Below are positions 32,006 through 43,300 of a DNA stretch of 64,000 nt, piece after piece (the first letter of the stretch is position 1; every line of letters begins with the position of its first letter). A program made the translations under genes and the position numbers. The DNA comes from an uncultured bacterium (GTDB lineage: Bacteria; Oederibacteriota; PGYV01; CAWJRG01): contig CAWJRG010000005.1 in assembly GCA_963845185.1 (NCBI GenBank), positions 704,001 to 768,000 on the forward strand. The letters run 5' to 3'. The notes under the pieces are model-generated. The model did not search any database. It worked only from the letters and a program-made list of their open reading frames with translations, and had not been told where the DNA came from.

Positions 32006-34351
32006 CTACTCGCCTATGTATTTCCTCGGCTTATTACCGTCAGCAGCGGTTATCAGGCCTTTTTCCTCCAGGTCGTCAATGATGCGTGCCGCTTTTGAGT
32101 ACCCTATGCTGAGTTTGCGTTGCAAATACGACGTTGAAATCTCTCCCCTGTCTTTTGTTAATGCGAGCGCCTTAGAAAAAGCAGATTCATCCACGCCTTC
32201 GTCTTCCATATCGTCCAGGCTCAAATCTTCCTTGTCTTCAAAATTAAATTCCTCGGATATTTCCGGTTTCCTCTGCTTTTTTATGAAGTGCACGACTTTC
32301 GAAACTTCGTTTGTTGATAAAAACGCTGCCTGGCCCCTGATTGGCTTGTTTAAGTTGGCCGGCGCGTACAGCATATCGCCCTTTCCTAGCAAAGCGTCTG
32401 CCCCGTTCATGTCGAGTATTGTGCGTGAATCAACCTTGGATACTACCTGGAATGCTATCCTTGAAGGGAAGTTGGCTTTTATCACGCCTGTGATAATGTC
32501 AACCGACGGCCTTTGCGTTGCAAGCACGAGGTGTATGCCCACGCCGCGCGCCATCTGCGCCAGCCGCTGCAGGGATGCCTCGACGCTGTTTTTCGCGAGC
32601 GTCATCAGGTCTGCCAGCTCGTCTATAACAAGCACTATGTAAGGCAGGCTTTTTTTCATCTCCTCAGGGCTTACGTCCTTGTCCTTTGAGACATCGGCGT
32701 TGTATTCCTCAACAAGCTTGTTGTAAATCGTGATATTTCTCGCACCTTCCTTTGAAAGCGTGTCATACCTGCTTTCCATCTCCCGCACAAGCACGCGCAG
32801 GGCAAGGGCTGCTTTTTTTGAGTCTGTTATGACCGGGGCAATAAGATGCGGCAGGTCGTTGTAATGCATGAGTTCCACCCTTTTCGGGTCCACAAGCAGC
32901 AGCTTTACCTCGTCCGGCGAAGCCTTGTAAAGCATGCTCATTATTACTGAATTTATGCACACGCTTTTGCCCGAGCCTGTTGCGCCGGCTATCAAAAGGT
33001 GGGGCATATCAGTGAGGTCTGCTATTATCGGTGTGCCTCCCAGGTCTTTTCCTATTGCCATGGTGAGCAGGGATGGTGCCTTTATAAAACTTTCATCTTC
33101 TATGAGTTCTTTTAAATATATTGTTTTTTTATTTCTTTTCGGTATTTCAATGCCTACCAGGGCCTTGTCCGGCACGGATGCTATTCTTACCTGCTCCACT
33201 TTCATCGCGAGCGCTATGTCGTTTGCCAGGTTTTCAACTTTTGAAATTTTCGTGCCTGTGGCAAGCGCCACTTCAAACCTGGAAATCACCGGGCCATCCA
33301 CGACATTCACGATCTCGCCTTCCACTCCAAAATCCTTAAGCGTCTTTTCAAGTTTTACGGCGTCGTCTTTGTAATCGACTGATTCCTGTTCCGAATCCTC
33401 CATTTTCAAAAGGCTCGTAGGAGGCAGGATGTAACCGCCTTTTTTTATGACCTGCACAAGGGAGGCTTTTTGCTGTTTCGGCTCCGGGGTTATTACCGTT
33501 ATTTTTTCCTTTTTCGGCCTTTCCCGTTCTTCTATTTCTTCTTTTTCTCCGTCTTCTTCACTGTCCTCGTTTTCTTTTATCCCGTTTCTTTGTTTCGACG
33601 GCTGGCTGTATTTTTGCGTGTGCCTCGTTTTCCCTGCCGTTGATAACGCGCCGAACGCACCGCCCACAGCTCCGAATATCACGCCGGCTACATATCCTAT
33701 GCCCTGAAATATTTTTATAAAAACATCTGCTATGAATTTAAAAAAAGCCAGGAGAAAATCTTCCTTGTTGACCAGGATAACCGCCGTGACAAAAAACACC
33801 GCGTTTATTATATGTGCGCCCACAATTGAAAACCAGTTAATAAGGAATTTCGCCGAATAGGTTCCGACTGCCCCGCCTTTGTAAAAGTCATACTTCCCCA
33901 TTACCCTGAAAACCGGCCATACATTTTTCCAGAACGCCTCGAGGCTCTTTGTAGCATAAAAAACACCTATCTGTTTTACCGGGAATGTATCAAATTTCAG
34001 CTTTAAAATTTTCGGGTCAAAATTGTTGCTTGTCAGCGACAGGAACACGGCTATTGACAAAGTTAGCAGGGTAAATCCTAAAGCTGCTTGTGCGTCGTTG
34101 TATTTATTATTTTTCCTGAGTATGTTAAGGCCGTAAAGGAATACGATAAACGGCAGGACATAAGCTGCCCTGCCGAGGACAAAATATGTTATTCTTTCGA
34201 TTACAACTCCGAAGGGCCCCAGCAAATTTCTGTCATTTATGTTCACAAATGACAGGAGCAGAACAATGGCGAGGAAAAGCAGGCTTATTCCTGCAAATGT
34301 ATTTCTTTTTTCTTTTTCTTCGCTTTTTGCTGCTTTGGTTTTCCCCATCAT
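32006..34351 (-). CDS. ftsK: DNA translocase FtsK
   Basis: N-terminal TMs, PHLLIAGATGSGKS, DELADLM, LATQRPS, gamma domain LQRKL.IGY.KAAR. Confidence 0.96.
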   Translation of the reverse strand: MMGKTKAAKSEEKEKRNTFAGISLLFLAIVLLLSFVNINDRNLLGPFGVVIERITYFVLGRAAYVLPFIVFLYGLNILRKNNKYNDAQAALGFTLLTLSIAVFLSLTSNNFDPKILKLKFDTFPVKQIGVFYATKSLEAFWKNVWPVFRVMGKYDFYKGGAVGTYSAKFLINWFSIVGAHIINAVFFVTAVILVNKEDFLLAFFKFIADVFIKIFQGIGYVAGVIFGAVGGAFGALSTAGKTRHTQKYSQPSKQRNGIKENEDSEEDGEKEEIEERERPKKEKITVITPEPKQQKASLVQVIKKGGYILPPTSLLKMEDSEQESVDYKDDAVKLEKTLKDFGVEGEIVNVVDGPVISRFEVALATGTKISKVENLANDIALAMKVEQVRIASVPDKALVGIEIPKRNKKTIYLKELIEDESFIKAPSLLTMAIGKDLGGTPIIADLTDMPHLLIAGATGSGKSVCINSVIMSMLYKASPDEVKLLLVDPKRVELMHYNDLPHLIAPVITDSKKAALALRVLVREMESRYDTLSKEGARNITIYNKLVEEYNADVSKDKDVSPEEMKKSLPYIVLVIDELADLMTLAKNSVEASLQRLAQMARGVGIHLVLATQRPSVDIITGVIKANFPSRIAFQVVSKVDSRTILDMNGADALLGKGDMLYAPANLNKPIRGQAAFLSTNEVSKVVHFIKKQRKPEISEEFNFEDKEDLSLDDMEDEGVDESAFSKALALTKDRGEISTSYLQRKLSIGYSKAARIIDDLEEKGLITAADGNKPRKYIGE

Positions 34352-34468
34352 TCACCTTGATCTAGTATTCGTGGCAAAAATTGCCGCCTTATGACTGCAA
34401 AATATTGTTTTTATAAAGCCCGGTTTCTTCAATTTACGCAACAGCTGACTGCAAAAAGCTAAACGCAA

Positions 34469-34504
34469 ACAACGTGGGGTAATAGGAAAATTGCCCCACG
34501 TTGT
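34469..34504 (-). terminator. Intrinsic terminator after the micro-ORF
   Basis: ACAACGTGGGG...CCCCACGTTGT inverted repeat. Confidence 0.6.
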
Positions 34505-34527
34505 GTTTAAATATTACTCCTGTTTTC

Positions 34528-34563
34528 TTATCTTTTTTTCTTTTTTGCTTTTTTCTTAGCCAT
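34528..34563 (-). CDS. Putative 11-aa basic micropeptide MAKKKAKKKKR
   Basis: AAGGGGGTG SD-like sequence just before ATG; own promoter and terminator. Confidence 0.5.
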   Translation of the reverse strand: MAKKKAKKKKR

Positions 34564-34671
34564 TTCTACACCCCCTTTTCAGGTTTAGCAATATATCCTG
34601 CATAATTAGGGTTATGACCTCTATATTGTGGAAGAGCGCGTTGGCATACTCAATAGGTTGTATATATGATT

Positions 34672-34699
34672 ATTATATATCTTTTAGATTTTTTGTCAA
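34672..34699 (-). promoter_or_regulatory. Consensus sigma70 promoter
   Basis: TTGACA-N16-TATAAT. Confidence 0.75.
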
Positions 34700-34868
34700 T
34701 GTTTATTTTGGATAAAACTAATATTTCATTTTGTCCACATGTTATACACATTTTAATTTTTTATCCCCGAATGGCTAAATTCAATACAATTAATCCTTTT
34801 TCTTTTTCGTTTTTGACTTAAGCAAACAAATTACGTTGCAGGATAGTGCTATGGATTTTTTTTAAATT

Positions 34869-36293
34869 CTATTTTCCAAAAACAAACTTCTCGCCTTCTT
34901 TAATTATCTCCCTAAGGGTCTTTTCGCTTTTTGCCTCAGCGTACAGCCTCACAACCGGCTCGGTGCCTGAAAACCTTATCATTGCCCACGTATCCTCGCC
35001 GAGCATAAATTTGTAGCCGTCAATGGTTATCAATTTTTTTATTTCATATTTGCCGAATTTTCTTTCTGTTTTTTTGACTCGCTCCAATAAATCCTTTTTC
35101 ATGTCTTCGGTCAGCTTTAAATTTTTTCTTGTATTATAAAAAGACCCTGTCTTTTTTTCAAGGTTTCGCAAAAGTGTCCTGATGCTTTTCCCTTCCTTTA
35201 CCGCCATTTCGGCAACCAGAAGGCAGGCTATTATGCCGTCTTTTTCAGGCACATGCCTGTGCACCGTAAGCCCGTTGCTTTCCTCGCCGCCGATTATAAT
35301 ATCCTCTTTTGTCATTATCTCGCCTATAAACTTGAAGCCCACCGGTGTCTCGTGCCGTTTTAAGCCGTACATGTCCGCGACTTTATCTATCATATGGGAC
35401 GTGGCTACGGATCTTATTACCGAACCCTGCCATTCCCTTGTTTTCATAAGGTAATCAAGCAGCAAAGGCAGTATCTTGTTCGCCTGGATATACGAGCCGT
35501 CTGAGTCGATTATTCCGTACCTGTCAGCGTCGCCGTCCGTGGCAATGCCGAGTATTGCTTTTTCCTTTCTTACCAGGGCTATCAAGTCCTTTATGTTTTT
35601 CTCCGCAGGCTCAGGCGGGAACCCGCCGAATAAAACGTCCCTGTGGTCGTTTATAACCGTTACGTCAGCGCCGGCCTCGCGCAGCAGCCTGTCAATGTAT
35701 CCCCTGCCTGTGGAATAAAGCGGGTCAACCGCTATTTTTGTTTTTGATTTGCGTATAATGCCAAAATCTATTATCTGCCTTAACCTTTTCATATAATAAG
35801 GACCCGGGTCAAAAAATTTGATAAGCCCTTTCTTTACAGCCTGTTCCTTGCCCATGCTCCTGACTTTTTTCGGGGAAAGCTTTTTTATGCGTGCTTCAAT
35901 ATCATTTGTTTCTACAGGCGTTGCAGGCCCGCCCCACGACGGCGAAAATTTCAGCCCGTTGTATTCCGCCGGGTTGTGCGATGCCGTGAAATTTATACCG
36001 CCCGCGGCTTTTTGTCGTATGATTTCAAAAGCGATTGTCGGCGTAGGTGTCTCCCTGTCGCAGACAAGGGAAGCTATATTGTTGCCTGCCAGTACCTCTG
36101 CCGCCGTTTCCGTGAATTTATCCGACAAAAACCTCGCGTCCCCGCCTATTATCACGGGCCTGCCGGCAAGGTCTTTTTTTGATTTTATATGCCCGGCTAT
36201 TGCCTGTACCGCCAGCCTGACATTTTCAAACGTGAAATCATCGCTTATTATTCCGCGCCAGCCGGATGTTCCGAACTTTATTTCTTTTTCCAT
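34869..36293 (-). CDS. Phosphoglucomutase/phosphomannomutase
   Basis: FGTSGWRG, TASHNP, DGDADR, GEES, RFSGTEP. Confidence 0.93.
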   Translation of the reverse strand: MEKEIKFGTSGWRGIISDDFTFENVRLAVQAIAGHIKSKKDLAGRPVIIGGDARFLSDKFTETAAEVLAGNNIASLVCDRETPTPTIAFEIIRQKAAGGINFTASHNPAEYNGLKFSPSWGGPATPVETNDIEARIKKLSPKKVRSMGKEQAVKKGLIKFFDPGPYYMKRLRQIIDFGIIRKSKTKIAVDPLYSTGRGYIDRLLREAGADVTVINDHRDVLFGGFPPEPAEKNIKDLIALVRKEKAILGIATDGDADRYGIIDSDGSYIQANKILPLLLDYLMKTREWQGSVIRSVATSHMIDKVADMYGLKRHETPVGFKFIGEIMTKEDIIIGGEESNGLTVHRHVPEKDGIIACLLVAEMAVKEGKSIRTLLRNLEKKTGSFYNTRKNLKLTEDMKKDLLERVKKTERKFGKYEIKKLITIDGYKFMLGEDTWAMIRFSGTEPVVRLYAEAKSEKTLREIIKEGEKFVFGK

Positions 36294-36308
36294 TTATGCC
36301 TCCTTAGA

Positions 36309-36540
36309 TTTCGTTTACTTTGCCAAGACGTCAACAGGTGCAGGCATGTACTCCATGCTTCGCATGGACATGTTAGAGTAATGATTTTGCTTCGCTGTTG
36401 ACGCTCCCAAAATCAAACTCTGTCAAACCGTTCAAGTCCGAGGCTGATAAGCCGAGAGTTAAAAAGTCCTGTGGACTATTTGACGGGTAGTTTCCATAAG
36501 TTATCACAATATAAAAAACTACCCTGAAGTGGTGCTCAAT
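36309..36540. repeat. Composite intergenic repeat (family B followed by family A)
   Basis: Family B at 36309-36457 matches 38636-38757 and 45256-45407; family A at 36465-36540. Confidence 0.85.
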
Positions 36541-36692
36541 ATTATTTTATAAAATGCATAATTTAAAAATACAATAACATAATATATTAAATCCCGCAAT
36601 TTTTGCAAGAAAATTCTAAAAAAATAAAACGGGACTTTACTTCATCCCGTATTATTTTTTCTTTAGATGCCGGCTGTTTGTATTTTTCACTC

Positions 36693-37844
36693 TTACTTTT
36701 TCATTTTATCCCGCAGCCTTGCCTTATCGTCCTGCGCAGTCTTATAATCCGGGTTTATGCCAAGGGCCTTATTGTAAGCTTCCATTGCTTTATCATTTTC
36801 GCCCATCCGTTCATATATCAGGCCCATGTTGTCCCAGGAATAAAAGTATTTTGGGTCGGCTCCTATTGCTTTTTTAAACATTTTTAACGCTTGTTTATAA
36901 TCGTTCTTTCCATCCATGTAAACAATGCCGAGGCTGTTGTATGCCTCTGCATAGTTGGGGTTGATTTTTAATTCCGCATTATATTCTTTAATCGCATCGT
37001 CGTATTTTTTCTTGGTTTCATAAATATACCCAATATTTTCGTGCACTATCTTGTATTCAGGATCCATTGCCAGCGCTATTTTATAATAAGCCAGCGCCTT
37101 GTCATAATCCCCTTTTTTCTGGCTCACATACCCCATGTTGTATTGCGCGTACTTGTAACTGGGGTCCACTTTTGCGGCCTGCTCATAGCAGTTGAAGGCC
37201 TCGTCATTATTTCCAAGTGCTTCATTGCAAAGGCCTTTTTCGTTGTACGCTTCAAGGTATTTCGGCTCGATTGCTATGGCCTTGTCATACCACTCAATGG
37301 CTTCCTTGTAATTTTTTTGCAGTTCGTTTACATACCCCATGTTGTAAAATCCAAACTTGGATTTCGGCTCGACTTCGGTTGCTTTTTTGTAATAGCCCGT
37401 TGCCTTTTCATAGTCTTTCCGGCCTTCATATATCAACCCCAGCCTGTCGTATACATCGGAATGATTGGGGTCTATCTCCATGGATTTGTTGTAATTTTCA
37501 ATTGCCAGGTCGTCTTTTTTCATAAGGTCATAAGTATAGCCCAGGTTGTAGTAACCATCGGCATATTTCGGGTTTATTTCAATTGACTTTTTAAATGCTT
37601 CGACTGCCTTATCAAACTGGTTCAACTTATCATAAACAAGGCCCATGCTCACATAAGCGTTTGCATAATCGGGTTTGGCATTCGCGGCTTTCTGGTATTC
37701 TTCCAGCGCCTCTTTGTATTGCTGCTGGTCTTCGTATTCATAACCTTTGGACAAGTGGTCTTCGGCCTCGCCTGCAAATAATCCCGTCCATGCCGTTAAC
37801 AATAACATGCTTAAAATCAGTACAAACCATTTTTTACCGGCCAT
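36693..37844 (-). CDS. Secreted tetratricopeptide repeat protein
   Basis: Signal peptide then about 10 TPRs (Y.NLG..Y....A...Y.KA..I.P); AGGAG RBS before 37844. Confidence 0.9.
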   Translation of the reverse strand: MAGKKWFVLILSMLLLTAWTGLFAGEAEDHLSKGYEYEDQQQYKEALEEYQKAANAKPDYANAYVSMGLVYDKLNQFDKAVEAFKKSIEINPKYADGYYNLGYTYDLMKKDDLAIENYNKSMEIDPNHSDVYDRLGLIYEGRKDYEKATGYYKKATEVEPKSKFGFYNMGYVNELQKNYKEAIEWYDKAIAIEPKYLEAYNEKGLCNEALGNNDEAFNCYEQAAKVDPSYKYAQYNMGYVSQKKGDYDKALAYYKIALAMDPEYKIVHENIGYIYETKKKYDDAIKEYNAELKINPNYAEAYNSLGIVYMDGKNDYKQALKMFKKAIGADPKYFYSWDNMGLIYERMGENDKAMEAYNKALGINPDYKTAQDDKARLRDKMKK

Positions 37845-37878
37845 TTCGTATTCTCCTTTCAAATCATTGAAACTCAAA

Positions 37879-38427
37879 CTATTTCACAAAAGTCTTCTTC
37901 ACCCTTTTTGAAACTATAAAATACGGCACCCATATGAAGCAGATGACAATTGACTGTATCACAGTTCTAATGGTTTCCATATCATTTGACTGCTGTGCTT
38001 GTACTGCAGGAATTAGGTTCGAGATAAAATAATCCAAGGTCACGAATACTGCGTTGAATATAATAAATATGATAAAGAATATCGGGACAAATTTTTTCCT
38101 CATAAAAAAAAATACGGCTAATACTATCGAAACAATGAATAAAATTATGTTAATGCTCACTTCGGACACAATTACAGGCTGCCAGAGAGGATGGTAGGAT
38201 TCAGAACCCGGGGTTGTAATAGCCGCCCAGACACCGGGCACGGTAACATTTTTAAAAATTGAAACTAAAGCAATCCCTATGCGGAACGGAGTCAAAACTA
38301 TGCCTATTGCAAGCAATATAAGCCACCCGCCGATTTTCTGCCCGTCCGGATTTTCCGCCGGGACTTCAGGAGCAATTGGCTGAATTGTCGTACTTGGTAT
38401 AATTGGTGTTTCTTTGTTTTCTTCCAT
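37879..38427 (-). CDS. DUF2569-like membrane protein
   Basis: IGGWLILLAIG, IWVPYF..SKRVK.TF. Confidence 0.85.
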   Translation of the reverse strand: MEENKETPIIPSTTIQPIAPEVPAENPDGQKIGGWLILLAIGIVLTPFRIGIALVSIFKNVTVPGVWAAITTPGSESYHPLWQPVIVSEVSINIILFIVSIVLAVFFFMRKKFVPIFFIIFIIFNAVFVTLDYFISNLIPAVQAQQSNDMETIRTVIQSIVICFIWVPYFIVSKRVKKTFVK

Positions 38428-38439
38428 GAAAGCCTCCTA

Positions 38440-38757
38440 TGTCAATGTTTTTGAGACAAACCCGCAGGGTGCAGTCGAAAATTACATTGACATACACCCG
38501 TTCAAGTCTGAGGCCGTAAGGCCGAAGACAAGCGGTGTCCTATTTGCCAAGCTTACCAGCGCAGACAAAATATTACGAAATCATGTACCCGCTCAAGTAT
38601 GGACCGCAGGTCCGGACAAGCGGTACTTGATATCATTTAGTTTACTTTGTCAAGCCGTCAACAGGAGTATCATGTACTCCATGCTTCGCTGTTGACACTC
38701 CCAAAATCAAACTTTGTCAAGCCGTTCAAGTCCATAGGCCTCAAGGCCAAGGACAAG
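38440..38757. repeat. Cluster of palindromic repeats including family B
   Basis: Three CCG(T/C)TCAAGT-hairpin-GACAAG units; family B copy at 38636-38757. Confidence 0.75.
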
Positions 38758-38852
38758 TGATACCATTACAAATTTTAAATCATATTGAAATCGCGGCAAT
38801 TATATCCCCTTGCAAAATAAAAAGCAAGTTTGTTTTTCCTTGAAAAGACAGT

Positions 38853-40331
38853 CTAATTAATCACGAATATCGTGCCCTTTTTTAATATATCATCGGACTT
38901 TAACTTAATTATATAATAATACACTCCCGGCGATACCGGGCCACCGTATGAGTTCCTACCTTTCCAGTACACATCAGGAGTTTGCGCTGTCAATGAAATT
39001 ACCAGCTCCGCCTATACTGTATAAATACAGATGTTTGCGCCAATAGGCAAATTGATGATTTTCAGCGCTCCTTCAAATGCTTTGCCGGGACTAAAAGGAT
39101 TGGGATAAACAATAATGTCGCCGGCGGTATAAGTAGCAGTGGTTGGCGTAATCGTAGCAGTCAAAGTATTGGCATAAGCAGGTGTCCAGGTCCATGCCGG
39201 CGTCTGCGTCAAGGACGGGGTCTGGGTATTTGTCGATGTATTCGTTACCGAATCAGCCGGTGTCGATGAATATGTCCACGTATAAGTTGGCGATAGCGTA
39301 TTTGTCATTGTCACCGTAAGCGCAGGCACCGCTGTTTCAGTCATAGTTTGCGTTATTGAAGGCGTCATTGACAAAGCCGGAGTGGGGCTGAAGCACGGGC
39401 CGAACTTTTGAATCCTGTAATTGTCCATGTCTGAAATATACACGTTGCCGCTGCTGTCCACTGCCACTCCGGTAGGATACTCAAACTGCCCGTTGCCCAT
39501 TCCTGAACCGCCCCATTGCGTTATATACGTGCCTGTACTGCTGAATTCCTGGACTCTGTTGTTATAAAGGTCTGTAACATACACGTTTCCGCTGCTGTCT
39601 GCTGCTATGCCATAAGGAGCGTTAAACTGCCCGTTGCCGCTTCCGGAACTTCCCCATTGTGTAATGTATGTGCCTGTACTGCTGAATTCTTCTATCCTGT
39701 TATTGCGTTCGTCTGTAACATATACTCCGCTGCTGTCTACTGCTACTCCATAAGGCAAGTCAAATTGCCCGTTACCTGTTCCATAAGTTCCCCATTGTGT
39801 TATATATGCGCCCGTACTGCTGAATTCCTGTACTCTGTTATTTCCCGTGTCTGCAACATATACATCCCCGCTGCTGTCCAGTGTTATTCCTTCGGGATTT
39901 TCAAACTGCCCGTTGCCGGTTCCATAAGTTCCCCATTGCGTTATATATGCATCCGTATTGCTGAATTCTTCGATCCTGTTATTATAAAAATCTAAAACAT
40001 ATACATCTCCATTGTTGCTTACTGCTACTCCATCAGGGCTGTTAAATTGCCCGTTGCCGGATCCCAAAGTTCCCCATTGTGTTATATATGTGCCGCCACT
40101 GCTGAATTCCTGGATGTTGTCATTAAATTCATCTGTAACATACACATTGCCGCTGCTGTCTGCTGTTATCCCCCAGGGATATTGAAACTGGCCGTTGCCG
40201 GTTCCATTATTTCCCCATTTAAGTATGAAACAAGGGGGTGAGTCAGCCGTTGCATAGGAGCCTGTTATCAGAATAATAAACAAAACAAACAAAAAATATT
40301 TCAATGTTTTTGCCAAACTAAATTTTCTCAT
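38853..40331 (-). pseudogene. NHL-repeat secreted protein with C-terminal sorting-like domain interrupted by in-frame TAG at 39012-39014
   Basis: Six NHL repeats, Thr-rich linker, YPNP...IYTV*AELV...WKGRN..G..VSPGVYYY...IFVIN. Confidence 0.7.
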
Positions 40332-40337
40332 TAATAC

Positions 40338-43300
40338 TCATTTTAATATAATAATCGTATCTGTCTTTGACCTTACCTTCACTCCGCCTTTTTCAGCAAT
40401 TACCATATAATAATATGTACCCGAAGCAAGGCCGTTAAGCAAGTTACTGTCGCATGTCAAAACCACTCCGCCTTGCACTTGTTCTACGTTCTGTCCTGTC
40501 CCATCAAATGTCTCTTCCCTTATCAGCCTGTATGCCACTGTATAAATCTTCAGCGTTATGCTGTCTATGCCCGGCGTTAAATTAACCATTATTTTCAACT
40601 GTTCAATCACCGGGTTTATTGGGTTTGGAAATGGCATTACCGGCCCCACTGTCAGCGGCCCTGCAGGTTCCGCAGTCGGAGTACTTGTATACGCCGGCGC
40701 ACATGGGCAGGTCAATGTCGTCGTAACTGTCCATATAGGCACCGGCGTGTCTGACTGCGTTGCGCTCGGCGTCATAGTTGGCGTTGCAGTTATACTTGGC
40801 GATATAGCCGGCGTATCGGTCATTGTAGAAATGGGCGGCACTGTATTTGTCAGTGTGACTGTAGGCGTAACCGAGGGTGTATCTGTAAATGACAAAGTCA
40901 ATGTCGGCGTCCATGTCAATGTTGCAGTTACGCTTGCAGTGGATGTCCATGTTTGTGTTACACTCGGCGTGGCCGTAATTGTCGTTGTCGCTGAAGGAGT
41001 TATTGTCAGTGTCGGTGTAACCGTTATTGTAACGGTAGCTGTCAGCGAAGCTGTGGCAGATGTTGTCAAAAGGCTAATATCGATTGTATTCGTCTGTGTA
41101 GCCGAGGGTGTATTTGTAAACGACAATGTAATTGTCTCTGTGGCAGTCGGCGGGCACATTCCATATTTTATTATCCTGTTATGATTCGTATCCACAACGT
41201 ACGCTGCCCCGGCGCCGTCCACTGCCAATCCATTGGGATTCATAAACTGCCCGGCTCCGCCGCCGCAAACCCCAAAACGCGTTGGGCCCGCAGTGAACCT
41301 GACTATGTTGCAGTCATCCATCCCGTACAGCGCTCCGCTGTCGTCAACTGCCAGCTCAATGGGAGCAACCAAGATTGTATTATTCTCGCTTTCATAAAAC
41401 CCGTCCGGATAGAATTCCTGGATCCTGAAGTTCCCGGTATCCGCGACATATACATTTCCGTTGTGGTCCACTACTATCCCCTGCGGGTTATTAAACCACC
41501 CGATTCCGCCTCCGAGGACTCCCCACTGCTTTATATAATTGCCTGATGTATCAAATTCTTCCACCCTGTCGTTTCCGTTGTCCACAACGTATATTGCGCC
41601 GCTGCTGCTTACGGCTATTCCCCAGGGATGGTTAAACTGCCCGTTTCCGGTTCCGCTACTGCCCCACTGCGTTACATACGTACCTGCTGATGTGAACTTT
41701 TCTATCCTGTTGTTTCCGGCATCCGTGATATAAATATATCCATTATTATCAACTGCAATAGCCTGCGGGCTGCTTAACTGCCCGTTTCCGTTTCCACAGG
41801 TACCCCACTGTCCCAAATAATTGCCTGAAGTATCAAATAGCTGTATCCTGCAGTTGTTGGCATCCGCCACATATACTGTCCCGCCCGAGTCTATGGCTAT
41901 CCCCTGCGGAGAGTTAAACTGCCCGTTTCCGCCTCCATAGCTCCCCCACTCCATGCTGTAACACAAAGGGTTAGGGTTAACCGTAGGCGTTATGGTTGAT
42001 GTTGCGGTAAAGACCGGTGTTTGTGTAAATGTCACAGTTGGCGTATTTGTCAGCATAAACGTCGGCGTGCTTGTCTGTGTCTGCGTCAAAATTTGCGTTA
42101 TCGAAGGCGTCATTGATACAGTCGGGGTAGAGCCAGCGCACGGGCCGAATTTTTGAATCCTGTTATTATTTGAGTCCACCGCATACACATCTTCGCTGCT
42201 GTCTACTGCTAATCCCAGGGGGTTGGCAAACTGTGCGTTACCTGTCCCGTTGATGCCCCACTGTGTTATATATGTGCCTGTACTGCTGAATTCTTCTATC
42301 CTGTTATTATTCGAGTCTGAGACATACACGTTTCCGCCCGAGTCTGTTGCCAGTCCTTCGGGGCCATTAAACTGGCCGGGACTGGTTCCTGTAGTGCCCC
42401 ATTGAATTATATAAACGCCTGCATTGGTGAATTTTTGGATCCTGTTATTTATGTAGTCTGCGACATATACGTTCCCGCTGCTGTCCAGTGCTATTCCTTC
42501 GGGACTGATAAACTGCCCGTTGCTGGTACCAAAGCTGCCCCACTGCGTTATATATGTACCTGTACTGCTGAATTCTTCTATCCTGTCATTATTCGAGTCT
42601 GTTACATATACGTTTCCGCTGTTATTGTCCACTGCTATGTTGTAAGCCCAGTTAAACTGCCCGTTGCCTGTACCTGCGCTGCCCCACTGCGTTATATATG
42701 TGCCTGTACTTGTGAATTTTTGAACCCTTTTATTGTTCGAGTCTGCGACGTACACATTTCCGATGCTGTCCAATGCTATCCCGTAAGGATAACTAAATTG
42801 CCCGTTTCCGGTTCCGGTAGTACCCCATTGTGTCATATATGCGCCCGTGCCGGTGAATTCCTGTATCCTGTTATTGTTTGTGTCCGCGATATATACGTTC
42901 CCGTTGCTGTCTGTTGCTGCTCCGTTTGGAAAGTAAAACTGCCCGTTGCCGGACCCGCTGCTGCCCCATTTCGTGACATAGCACGGCGTTGGACCGGATA
43001 CTAAGGTAGAGGTATAAGTTGGCGTTATTGTAGATGTGCCTGTTACTGTCTGTGTTATTGTAGAAGTCACGGTAAAAGTCGCCGTTGATGTCTGCGTAAG
43101 GATCCGGGTATTGGTTGGCGTTATTGTCTGCGTTGAAGAAGGGCATAATCCGAATTTTTGAATCCTGTTATTAAACATGTCCGCAACATACACATTTCCG
43201 ATGCTGTCTGACGCCATCCCTGTAGGCAGGTAAAATTTTCCGTTGCCGTTCCCGAAACCGCCCCATTGTGTTATATATGTGCCCGTGCTGCTGAATTCCT

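Noticed and set aside
34465..34665. 6S RNA
   Set aside because: Right length, but no long end-to-end pairing with a central bubble visible by eye
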